Source: Zygnema circumcarinatum SAG 698-1b (lineage: Eukaryota > Plantae > Zygnematophyceae). Taken from it: DNA of 64,000 bases. Under the pieces are notes generated by a model. The model was not told the DNA's origin. It searched no databases and was given only the letters and a program-made list of their open reading frames with translations. The DNA is taken from NCBI GenBank assembly GCA_037447605.1, contig CM074810.1:1770880-1834879 (forward strand), written 5' to 3'. Below, piece after piece: positions 35,006 to 54,324 of the stretch. The number at the start of each line of letters is the position of its first letter. Within the stretch, counting starts at the first letter, position 1. A program made the position numbers and the translations under genes.

Positions 35006-36467
35006 ATGGCTGCCACGTGTCGCCTCGCCCCTGAACCCTCCCGATCATTTTTAAACCCTCGCTCCGCGGCGGGAGAGCCCCTCCAAACCCTGAACCCTTC
35101 CAGAACCCTGAAAACTCTCGCAACCCGAAAAGCTTCAATAGCGGCTAAAGCCTCAACCCTCCAAATCCTGAACCCTAATTCTTCCAAAACCCTAGTTGCG
35201 TCCCTGAACCCTATTTTTTCCTCCTCCCTCTGCACGCCATTTCGTGTTTCCGCTCGCCTGCGGCAGCCATGGCTAAGGCCAGCTCCGAGTTCTCTCTGCC
35301 TGCCAGCTGTCACCCGGAGGTGCGGCTCCCCCTCCTCTCCCTCCCTATCCGGCTTCCCACCCAGAAGCCACGTGGTGGCGGCTCTTCTATCTGCTGACGT
35401 CATTGTAAACCAAGCTGACATCATCGCGGAAGGTTTAGGCGCGTATCAGTTGGAGCTGTTGGCGCATCCGCTAGTGACAGCTGTCAGCATCGCAGCGGCT
35501 TATCTGGCGGGGAGGCGGCGCAGCAGCAGCCATGGCGGCCCCGTCGTTTACTCCCCGCCACAGCCGGAAGGAGAGGGAGAGTCAGGAGGAGGGAGAGTAG
35601 AGGGAGGGGGAGGAGGAGGGAGCCATGGCGGAGGCGCGGAGGGAGTCGGAAGCGAATGGAGAGAGGCAAGCAGGTGGGAGTGATGGAGGAGAGGAGCCGG
35701 AGGAGATGGGCGAGGGAAGGAGAGGGAGAGAGGGAGAGGGAGAGGGGGAGGGAGAGGGAGAGGGCGAGGGAGAGGGGGAGGCATGTTTCTCAATAGGCTA
35801 GTCATCGAATGCACTTACTTTTGTTAAGTCCAATACGCACATTGTTGTACGATTCATGAAACCATGTTCACAAATTTGACCATACTTGTACCTTTTGGGC
35901 TGACAGGGCTGTCTCTGAACCCTCAATACTCAACTTGCCCTCCGCGGAGAAATATTTACAAGAAGAGACTCTGTTTCCGCACCGAATTTGGGAAAATTTG
36001 TTTGACAAGTTGTCCTTCCAAACAGAGCAGAAAATTTTGAAAGAGGTCCAAGGGAGAAAAAAAAGCTTACAAGCACACTTTTTCCGACAAGAAAGCCTCG
36101 CGTTCCATGCAGGAAGTCCAACGGAAAGTCGAACGGAAAATGCAAAAAGTATGGGCGATTCATTTGCGGAAGAGACCAAACCGAAAAATTTGAGTGGCGA
36201 GTTGAGCTTGGCTTCTTTAGCTCCGGGTCCAAAATTGAATTTAATTCGACTTTCAGCATTGGAGCTGCAGGCTGAGGCAGGTCTATTCCCCTTCCCTTAA
36301 ATTTTACATTTCTTACTGTTGACATCCTAAAACTACACTGCTTTAACGATTTCTGCATTTTATTTCCTCGAAATTTTATTTTGTTGATTATCGGGTTTTA
36401 GGATATGTTTTGGATTTGCTTCGATGTGAAATGTCGCTGAGGGTTTTTTCTTTCTCCCCCTCTCCCC

Positions 36468-36514
<47 letters not shown>

Positions 36515-39216
36515 TCTCTCTCTTTTCCTCTCTCTCCCCCTCACTTAACTTCTTCCTCCCTCCGCTCCCCGCTCGCACTCTCTCTCTCTCGTCCTCACCT
36601 TACTTCCCCTCCCTTCTCTCCCCTCCCCCCCTCTCTCTCTCTCCCCTTCTCTCTCTCTCTCTCTCCCCCCCCTCACCCTCTCTGTCTCCGCCTCCCTCTC
36701 TCCCCTTCTGCCTCCTTCCCTTTGTTTTTGGAAGGGCAGCTGACCCAGATCAGCGATGAAGCTTCATCCTTCTCTTCTTCCGCTTGGAGAGAATTTTGTG
36801 CTGCCCGAATCTCTGCCCTGATTGAGCCCCTCTGTCAAAAATGGGTTTTTGAAGGAACTTTTCCACGGCTCAATTCCGAATTTAATTCAGCTTCTCTTGC
36901 GGGCAGCAAAAGGAAAAAAAAAAATAGCGCAAAATTTGGTAGTGTAGATTTGTCCATAGAAAGGGATTCTTCCGTTGATTCCGTCGCCCGTAACGGAACG
37001 GAAGTGAGCGTGGAAAGTGGGGAAAGGGCAGCCAATGAGCTGCTGCCAGGTGGCAGCGCCTGGTTTGAGAACGGAGAGAACGTGGAACTGCACATAGAAC
37101 TTATTTTCTACCTTCGATTCAAGAGAATACGGTACATAAAATTTCCAGCTTTCAAAGTCCCCTTTTCTTTTTTCCCCTACCCCCTTTCCTTTTTGGGTTT
37201 ATTTATTTCATTTTCTTCTTCTTCGCGCGGGAAGTTGGGCTCAGAGACGGAAGCCCTTTTCGGGAATATTTTTTGGCAAAAAAATCGGCTGAAATTTTGG
37301 AGGATTTGGTGATTCGAATAGCGGAGGAGACGGCGGCGCTGTACCTCGACCAATGGCTGGACACCGACCGCCAGGTGGCGGCACAGGATTGGCCGGCGCT
37401 GATGCTGACGCAGTTGAGCTCCACTCGGAGACTGGAAAAGTTTCGGAACGAGGTTCGTTTTTGGGGAGCGGGAGGTGGGGNNNNNNNNNNGGGGGAGGAA
37501 GGTGGAGGAAGAGGGTGAGAGAGAAGAATAGAGAGATGGAGGGAATGGGAAGGGAAGAAGGAGCGGGCGGTTTATCAAGAGGAGGACATGGACTGGTAGG
37601 AAGGTGGAGAGGGAGGGAGGGGAGAGGCAGGAAGTAGAGGGGTAGAGAGGAGAGAGAGAGCGACATTGAGGTTGGAAGAGGGGAAGGAAAGAAATAGAGA
37701 GTGGAAGAGAGTTTCTCATTGAGAGTTTCCTCGCTGGGTCAAATTCTTGGATGTGTACCAGGTGGCGCTTCGTGGTTGGCTGCGCCGCAACTTTTTGGCA
37801 GTTTCTGCGATATATGAAGATCGATATGACTTGTGGGCTGTAGGGGAAGGGCGGTCGGGCAGCCAGAAACAAAATCAGGCTGCCCGAAATTTGAGAGGTG
37901 GGGAAGAAGAGGAAGACAGAGAGAGGAGAGACCATGATGGAAATATTTTTCAAAATCGGCGAATTTCGAGGACGGATTTTTCATCAAGCCATGGAGCTGT
38001 TGGGAAGCATAGAGCAGAAAAGAGTGGGAGGAAGGAGGGAGAGGGCTTGGGAGAGAGAGTGTGGGAGATAGGGAGGCTGTGGGAGGGAGTGATGAATAGA
38101 GGGAGGGAGAGGAGAAAGGAAACGGAAATAGTGGGTAGAGATGAGAAAAAATTAGCGAATTTGAAAATTGTACGGAAAAATATTCGGGCGAGGAGGAGCA
38201 GAGACCTCAGAACTCTCAAAGGGTGGTAAGAAAGTCTATCTCCATTCCTGTCCCGCTCTTTTCAGCGTAGGGTCTACACTAACATCATTTTTGAAATTCC
38301 TAAAAACCTTAGAAACCCCAATCCTCTAAGGACCCAAAAACTCATGATATGTCATTCACTTGATTTTTCTTTTACGTTCTAGTTTTTTGAAGGGATTGCT
38401 TCACGCTATACATAGGTATATACATAGGAAAATGATATACACCCCCCCCTTGGTTATCCCGCCCCTTTTTTTCAATCCGGTCTCCCATTTTGGCTATTCC
38501 CCCCCCCCATTTTGGATGTGTCGGGAGTAGATAACCCCTCCCCTCCTAGTCTCTCTCTCCTCTGCTCTCTCTCTCGTTTTTTCTCCTCTCCTCTGCTCTC
38601 TCTCCAAATGACTTTACGGACGTTGCGCTGATGTGTGAGAAGGAGAAAACTAGGGGGTGAATATCCAAAATGGGGGTGGGATATCCAAAACAGGGGGGTG
38701 GAATAGCCAAAATGCGAGGGTGGGATTTAAAAAAAAAAGGGGTAGGGTAACCAAAAGGGGATTTCAAAAAGGGGGGGGGTAACCAAAGGGAGGGGAGGGG
38801 GGGGTAACCAAAGGGAGGGAGGGGGGGGGGGTAACCAAAAGGAGGGGGGGGGGGGGTAACCAAATGGAGGGGGTAACCAAATGGAGGGGGTAACCAAATG
38901 GAGGGGGGGGTAACCAAATGGAGGGGGGCGATATATCATTTTCCTACATATATATATATTTTTTCTTTATTAGGTATCTATCCATCCATCCATCCATCCA
39001 TCCATCCATGTATGGTGGTCTTGGGGGGGCGCATGCAGGCGGGCCCTGTACAGTCTGTGGCTGGAGGGCCTGGACGTCCTCGCCCCGGTCCTCCGCTCCC
39101 TCCTCCGCGCGGGGGGGCAGGCCGCCGCGCTCCTCCTCGCGGGCCTCCTCGGCCGCGCGCTCGGCCTCGTCGGCCGCGGCATCCGCCAGACCTTCCAGAA
39201 GGGTGACGTCACGTGA
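35006..39216 (+). CDS. Plastid-targeted DUF3685 / Ycf55-like protein, 6 exons
   Basis: Exons 35006-35673, 35907-36280, 36735-37131, 37245-37452, 37762-38225 and 39039-39216, phases consistent. Ser/Arg-rich transit peptide. Motifs ILEDLVIRIAE, LSSTRRLEKFRNEVALRGWL, IYEDRYDLW, RSRDLRTLKGWRALYSLWLE and LLGRALGLVGRGIRQ match the plant/cyanobacterial DUF3685 C-terminus (from memory). Confidence 0.85.
38427..38944. mobile_element. MULE-family MITE (518 bp) in the last intron of the DUF3685 gene
   Basis: Termini GGAAAATGATATA...TATATCATTTTCC, with TACATA on both flanks. Shares TTGGTTATCCCGCC, TTTTGGCTATTC and ACGTTGCGCTGATGTGTGA..GGAGAAAAC with the 40450-42707 element. Carries tandem GGGGGTAACCAAA subterminal repeats. 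Confidence 0.8.
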
Positions 39217-39411
39217 CGTGACGGGACGGGACAAGCAGATGGGACGTGGTATGTCGTGATGTGACATGACGAAACGTGACGAGACGTGACGAGACGTGAC
39301 TGGACAAGCAGATGGGACGTGGTGTGTCGTGACGTGACATGACGAAACGTGACGTGACGTGACGTGACAGGACAATCAGATGGGACGTGACGTGACAAGA
39401 CGTGACGTGAG
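39205..39411 (+). repeat. (ACGTG)n pentamer array with ~70-bp higher-order repeats, overlapping the DUF3685 stop codon
   Basis: ACGTG runs plus three copies of GGACAA(G/T)CAGATGGGACGTG near 39228, 39302 and 39370. A shorter related array lies at ~34340-34400. Confidence 0.9.
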
Positions 39412-40449
39412 GAGATGAGACAAGGTTAGGATGTATAGGGTGGAGAGTGTTGCTTTTTTGGGGTTTTAGGGTTTGTAGGGTGCAGAGTTTTAGGGTTTAT
39501 GGTTTAGGGTTTTGGGTTTGTAGGTGCAAGGTTCCTGGGTTCTAGAGTTGAGGTTCTAGGGTTTTGTAGGATGTAGGGTTGAGGGTTTGAAGGTTTTTTT
39601 TCTGTGGGGGGGGTAAATGGTTTCTGGCGTTAAGAATTTGGGGGCAGGGCTGATTCTTGGTTTTAGGGTTTCTAGGGTTTGTAGGGGTTCTTGAGTCTTG
39701 ATGTCGAGGGTTTGTAGGCTCTCCTGGGTTCAGGGTTTATGGGGATACCGAGGTTTTGTGGGGATTCGAGTCTTTTTAGGGGTTTAGTGATTTTAGAGTT
39801 TGCAGACATCCTATAAATTCTCATTTTAGGGTTTCTGGGGTCCTTAGGGTTCGTAGGGTTTTTAGGGTTTCCAGCGTTTCTAGGGTTCAGGGTTTTGCAG
39901 GTTCCTACGGATTCTGGGGTTCAGGAGTGCACGGTTTTGATGCAGGTCATTGGGTTGGAGAAGTTCCATGGTTCAGTTAGGGTTCGTGTGTGGAAAATGA
40001 GCTTTCAGTTGGAGAGGTGACCGGAGGCGCTATTGGAACAGACATTTTGACGGAAATTTTTGTGCATAGAAATGGAAGAGAAATGAAAGACGAGGTTCAT
40101 CTAATTGGTCAAACATGGTTTTGGTAAAAAACCATTTTTGAGGTACAAAAAGGAAAAAAGTTTGGGGTCAGCACATTTTTATATGAAGAAATTGTTTTGC
40201 TTTTATGCTTTCTATGTTGGACTGTCGACGTCAGTTTAACAGTCACCTGTTTAACGGCGCTGTTGGTGGAACTGCGAAACTGTCTCCATGAAACCCCATG
40301 GCATTAACGCAATTTGTTGTAAAAATCAAAGATATATCGTATCGACTTAGTATCGGGATATCATATCGCTAAAAAGCATATCGCAGTTTATCGTACCGTA
40401 GCGTCATATCGATTTACCAAAGTACTTCCAATAGTTTATGATAAATGAC

Positions 40450-42707
40450 GGAGAACTATATACCGCCCCCCTTTTTTGGTTATCCCGCCACTGTTTTTTT
40501 GAAATCCGACCCTCGCATTTCGGCTATTCTGCCCCCCTCCCCCATTTTGGATATTTCGGGAGGAGATCGCCCCCCTGTTTTGAATATTTCTTTCCCGCCC
40601 CTCCCGTCCTCTACCCTCCCCTCCTCTGCCCTCCCCCTCCTCTCCCCCTCCCCTTCTCGTCCTCTCCCCCTCCCCTCCCTCCCTCCCTCCCTCCCCTGCC
40701 CACCCCTCCCTCCTCCCTCCCCTCCCCTCCCCTCCCCTGCCCACCCCGCCCCTCCCTCCTGCCCACCCCTCCTCCCTCCCCTCCCCCTCCCCTCCTCCCT
40801 CCCTCCCTCCCTCCCTCCCTCCCCTCCCCTCCCTCCCCTCCTCCCCTCCCCTCCTCCCTCCCTCCCTCCCTCCCCTCCTCCTCCCCTCCCCTCCCTCCCT
40901 CCCTCCCTCCCTCCCTCCCTCCCTCCCTCCCTCCCTCCCTCCCTCCCTCCTCCCTGCCCACCCCTCCCCTCCCCTCCCCTCCTCCCTCCCTCCCCTCCTC
41001 CTCCCTCCCTCCCTCCCTCCCCTCCCCTCCCCTCCCCTCCCTCCCCTCCTCCTCCCTGCCCACCCCTCCCTCCCTCCCTGCCCTCCTCCCCTCCCTCCCC
41101 TGCCCACCCCTCCCTCCCTCCCCTGCCCACCCCTCCCCTCCTCCCCTGCCCTCCCTCCCTCCCTCCCCTGCCCACCCCTCCCCTCCCCTCCCCTGCCACC
41201 CCTCCCCTCCCTCCTCCCCTCCCTCCCCTCCTCCCTCCTCCCCTCCCCTGCCCACCTCCCTCCCTCCCCTCCCCTGCCCACCCCTCCCCTCCCCTGCCCA
41301 CCTCTCCCTTCCCTTCTTCCTCTCGGTTTGCAATCTCCACACAAATGACTGAGTATAAGTCTCGCGATGAGCTTGTACAAGTCTTGACCAAGCACTACAA
41401 GCAAGAAGGATTTCACATCAAGATCGGCAAGCATAGCGATAGCCGCCGACTCTACATGCAATGCTTTAGCGGGGGGACCTACGAGGACAGAGGTCTGGAA
41501 GAGAGTAGTAAGAAGAGGAATACTTCCAGCCGCTTGAAAAATTGCCCTTTCGAGATCAGGGCGACGTTTTCCGAGAATAAGGACATGTGGGCTGTAAAAT
41601 CTGTCGTTGAAGAGCACAACCACGTCATTTCCACTGGGTATGCTGAGAAAAGGCGCTTAGACATTCACGAGAAGGAATGTGTTCGGGAGATGGCACAAAA
41701 AAATTTATTCTCTTTTTATCCCTTTTTCTTTTGGTGGGTGTGAAGCTCTGTCATGATGTCATGGTTGGCTTGCTTGCTCGCTCTCTCTTCTCTCTCTCTC
41801 TCTCCTCTGCTCTCTCTCCTCTAGTCTTTCTCTCCTCTACTCTCTCTCCTCTGCTCATTCTCTCTCTCTCCTTTGCTCTCTCCTGTGCTCTCTCCTCTAG
41901 TCTCTCTCTCCTTTGCTCTCACTCCTCTACTCACTCTCTCTCTCTGCTTTGCTTTCTCCTCTGCTCATTCTCTCTCTCCTTTGCTCTCTCCTCTAGTCTC
42001 TCTCTCCTCTACTCTCACTCCTCTGCTCTTTCTCTCTCCTCTATACTCTCTCTCCTCGGCTCTCGCTCCTTTGCATTCTCTCTCTCTCTCTCTTCTCTCT
42101 CCTTTGCTCTCTCCCGTAGTCTCTCTCCTCTGCGCTCTCTCCTCTAGTCTTTCTCTCCTCTACTCTCTCTCCTCTGCTCATTCTCATCTGCTCATTCTCT
42201 CTCCTTTGCTCTCTCCTGTGCTCTCTCCTCTAGTCTCTCTCTCCTTTGCTCTCACTCCTCTACTCACTCTCTCTCTCTGCTTTGCTTTCTCCTCTGCTCA
42301 TTCTCTCTCTCCTTTGCTCTCTCCTCTAGTCTCTCTCTCCTCTACTCTCACTCCTTTGCTCTTTCTCTGTCACGACTGAAATCTAGNNNNNNNNNNCTCT
42401 AGTCTTTCTCTCCTCTACTCTCTCTCCTCTGCTCATTATCTCTCTCTCCTTTGCTCTCTCTTGTGCTCTCTACTCTAGTCTCTCTCTCCTTTGCTCTCAC
42501 TCCTCTGCTCACTCTCTTTCTCCGTTGCTCTCTCTCGAACGTTGCGCTGATGTGTGAAAGGAGAAAACGAGGGGGGGGGGGGGAATATCCAAAATGGGGG
42601 GGGCCGGATATTTCAAAACAGGGGGCAGAATAGCCGAAATGGGAGGGTCGGATTTCAAAAAAACAGTGGCGGGATAACCAAAAAGGGGGGGCGGTATATA
42701 GTTCTCC
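40450..42707 (+). mobile_element. Internally deleted Mutator-like element (MULE), ~2.26 kb
   Basis: Inverted termini of ~100 bp: GGAGAACTATATACCGCCCCCC...GGGGGGCGGTATATAGTTCTCC. Direct repeat TAAATGAC(G) at 40442 and 42708 (8-9 bp TSD). Contains a truncated FAR1-type DNA-binding domain. Confidence 0.9.
41345..41743 (+). pseudogene. Truncated MULE transposase N-terminus (FAR1/WRKY-GCM1-like DNA-binding domain), no DDE domain
   Basis: [12 protein letters not shown]...EGFHIKI...YMQC...RNTSSRLKNCPFEIRA...WAVKSVVEEHNH has the C-x-C-H-x-H pattern of MULE/FAR1 N-termini. The frame runs into unrelated sequence at ~41700. Confidence 0.8.
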
Positions 42708-43303
42708 TAAATGACGGGTAACTGGGACTTGCATTTTTGTCATGGAAATCGTTAAGCATTGTTGTACTGAAGCGAACACAGCAAACTCGTGCTACTGTCA
42801 AGCCGATCGAGTACGGCAAGGAGGATCCACGTTCAACCTACAACTCATCGAAGTGGACTCCAGCCCCTTTGGATTCCACAAGATCAACAACGACCTCCCC
42901 TCCCATCCTATTGCTTCAACGGTCGCAACAAACCACAGTCAACATCCAATAGAAATTCGCCACGTCATGACAATGTACACGTGGTGGTTGGCGATTGCTG
43001 CAGCTCATCAATTCTTTTTGTAACAAAAAATTACTACGACGAGATAGAACCAATTACAGTCTACCACGTCACACTCATTGTACACGTGGCGTTCCGTGAT
43101 TGGCCTTCGAACGACCCGTACTCTCTTGTGTCCCTCCCTCGTTCTCTCCCTCAAACCGCTTCTTCCGCTCGCGCCAGCTGTCGGTTTTTGGGCAAAAACT
43201 CGCAGTTTCTCGCGACAATCTCTTTCTCCTCCTCCTCTTTTCTCGATTCCTCCCTCACTCCCTCTCCCTCTCCCTCTCCCTCTCCCTCCCTCTCTCCCCC
43301 ACC

Positions 43304-45723
43304 ATGTCCTCCGCCCTCATCATGGACGCGTGGCGAAACCTGGACGCCCGCTCGATGATGTTGGCGTCGTCGGGGTTATGTTTGGCGGCGACGTTCCACA
43401 TCACTTCGCAGCACGCCCTACATCACTTCCACCATTGGACGCGGCCCCGCGAGCAGACCGCCATCCTTTGGATCATCGCAATGGTGCCGCTCTTCTCGCT
43501 CACCTCCTACGTCGGTGAGTTCAGCTAAAAACGTTTGGAGGAGCAAATTTAATCATCATTTTGTTATTAAATTTAATTTTATTTTCTTTTTTGGACTCCT
43601 GTTTGAACCTCCCCCCCATCCCCTCCCCCTTTTATTTTCTCAACACGTGGTCCCCACTTTCCCCTTTTTGATTTTCGGCTTTTCGCTGGTGGTTTCTTTT
43701 GTCGAGGGTGTCGTTTCTCGTTTTTTCTTTTGAAGCAATGGGTGGCGTTGGTTAATATTTTTAAGGCAAGGGTTTTGTAACTTTTGAGAAAATGCCGTCT
43801 GTGGCGTTTCGGTAGAGAAGGTGCATGATCGAATCGTGACACCTTGTCACGCCTATGACAATGTAGGCGAATAGTTCTGTGAATCCCTCCCTTCCTCCCT
43901 GCCTCCCTCCCTCCTTCCCTCCTTCCCTCCCTCCTTCCCTCCCTCCTTCCCTCCCTCCCTCCCTCCNNNNNNNNNNCCCTCCCTCCCTCCCTCCCTCCCT
44001 CCCTCCCTCCCTCCCTCCCTCCTCCCCTTGTTAGGCGCTTTTTGGTTATTACAGATTTTGTTTCACCGCATTTGGATTTACTTTTTTGTGTGCTCTGCCA
44101 CGTGGCGGCGCAGGATTGGTGGAAATGCCGACGTGGGAAGTCACTGTCACGATTCTTGATTCCGTTAAAGAGTGCTACGAAGCATTTGTGAGTCGAAATT
44201 TCTCCGTACATTTTTTTCCACTGTAAAAAATGATCTTAACCTTCATTCCACCGAAACGTTGACTTTCTCAGATTTCAGGTTTCAGATTTCAGATTTCAGA
44301 TTTCAGATTTCGTTTTTTCCTTTTCAGGTGATTGCAAATTTTTTGAAGCTACTGTTCAGTTACATGGGAGTCTCTCCGGATGCCAAAGTTCCGATTCCCG
44401 ATGAAATCAAGGGTCGTGTTTTCCACCACAGTTTTCCCGTCACTCTTTTCCAGGTAAAAAATAAAATAAAAAACCCATACTTCTATCAACAATTTCACTT
44501 TTTTCAGCCCCCGCCTCCCCTCAAAATTAATTTCATGTCCCGATCCCGCGTTTCTTCCTTTTTATTGCAAAAGGATTATACTACTTTCAGCCCAATTTTC
44601 CCCTTTCACTCTCCCAAACCGTACATACAATGACTATGCCCGTTGTAACCCAATCACCTCTCGCCCCAAAAACCCGTAAAACCCTAAAAACCCTATGGAC
44701 CCTGTAAACCCTAAAACCCTCAAAACCCTACAATCCCAACGNNNNNNNNNNCCCCCCCCCCCCCCCCCCCCCCCCCCATTGGTCACGGCACTCGCTTCGC
44801 TCGCTAGTTTCCCCCCCCCATTTTTCATCAATTTTCTATTATTTGGGGGCGATTTTTGAGCAGCCTCACGAAGTGATAATCAGCAGCGAATCTCTCCAAA
44901 CCCTCACAAAGTTCACCACTCAGTTTGTCGTCATCCGCCCCCTCTTCTCCGTCCTCCTCTGCGTGCTCGAACTTTTGGGTGTGAACGCACCGCCCCTCTC
45001 TTGGGTCTTCCCGGTCGTCTTCAACGCGTCCGTGTATTTGGCAATCTACGCACTCCTCCTCTTCTACCACACATTCGACAAGGAGCTCGCACCGCACAAC
45101 CCGTTGGGGAAGTTTCTATGCATTAAAGGTGTCGTGTTTTTCACATTCTGGCAGGCAAGCGCTCGCGATCTCTCTCTCTCTCTCTCACTCTTTTTCTCTC
45201 TCCCTCCCTAACTCCCTCCCTCCCTCTCCCTCCCTCTCCCTCCCTCTCCCCCTCTCCCCCTCTCCCCCTCTCCGCCTCTCCCCCTCTCCCCNNNNNNNNN
45301 NCCCCCTCCCCCTCCCAGGTTGTGTTTTTTATGAGCACTAAAAAACGAAATCAGAAAGATCCTATTTTGGTCCTATGTTCCTGTTTTCCGTTTGGCCCGT
45401 TTGACGGCGGAACTGTTCCCATGTGGCAGGGGATGGTGATCGAGCTCCTGGCGGCCAGCGGCGTGCTCCATGCGGACCAGTTCCCGTTTTCCGTTAAACA
45501 GGTCGAGGACGCAGTGCAGAACTTCGCCGTGTGCATAGAAATGCTCGTCTTCTCGTTCGCATTTTTGTACGCTTTCAGCGCGGAGGAGTTCAGTCCCTCT
45601 TATAAGCCCAAAATTGCAGCGGAAAAGAAAAAGGAAAAGGAGGAAAAAATCGACGGGAAAAAGGAGGAGAAAAATGAGAAAGAAGGGGAAAAGAAGGAAA
45701 TTGAAAATAAAAAAGAGCTTTAA
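43304..45723 (+). CDS. TMEM184 / organic solute transporter-alpha (DUF300, LAZ1-like) protein, 5 exons
   Basis: Exons 43304-43514, 44114-44187, 44328-44453, 44864-45154 (GC donor) and 45430-45723. Motifs [84 protein letters not shown] and LYAFSAEEF. Confidence 0.93.
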
Positions 45724-46397
45724 ATTTAAGGGACCCCGAAGAGCCCCTCGGCCTCCTTCATAGTCTTCTCTATGGCGGGGCGGGCTGGAACAGAAATGTA
45801 AAATATTCTAGGGATCAGAAAAGATACGGAAATGGATTTTTGGAGATATGAATGTAATTATTTATGTTTTTTGCATGTGGATTTTTTGGTTTTCGAAGTT
45901 TTCAATTTTTTGAGTGTCCGTACAGAATGGCATTGTACGGTTTATCCGTACTAAAGTACGTACCCCTTTTTGCGCTACAAGTAGCACTTCCAATCGTAAA
46001 GCGCCACGTATACGAAGTGCCACGTGGCGCATTGTCATGGGACTCATTTATTCGACTGTAGCGTGAAACGAAAATGGTCTGTAAAAATAAACAACCCGAC
46101 TGTAATCGTAACCCTAACACTGACCGCCCCCTCCTCTCCTCGTCCCCTCCCTCCCTCTCCCTCCCTTCCTTCCTCCCTTCCTCCCTCCCTCCTCTTCCTC
46201 TCCCTCTGCCCTCTCTCTCCCCCTCCCTCCCTCTCTCCTTCCCTCCCTCCCTCCATCTCTCCCTCCCTTCCCCCTCCCTCCCTCCCTCCATCTCTCCNNN
46301 NNNNNNNCTACTCTCCCTCCCTCTCTCCCTCTTTTCTCCCCTCTCCCTCCCTCCTCTCTCTCCCCCTCCCTCCCCCTCTCTCTCCCTCCCTGCCGAC

Positions 46398-54324
<7,927 letters not shown>

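Noticed and set aside
40436-41391. 300-430-aa Pro-rich and Gly/Arg-rich ORFs (extensin-like)
   Set aside because: They come from a CCCT low-complexity tract inside the MULE and are open in nearly all frames. Only the part from ATG 41345 has domain similarity.
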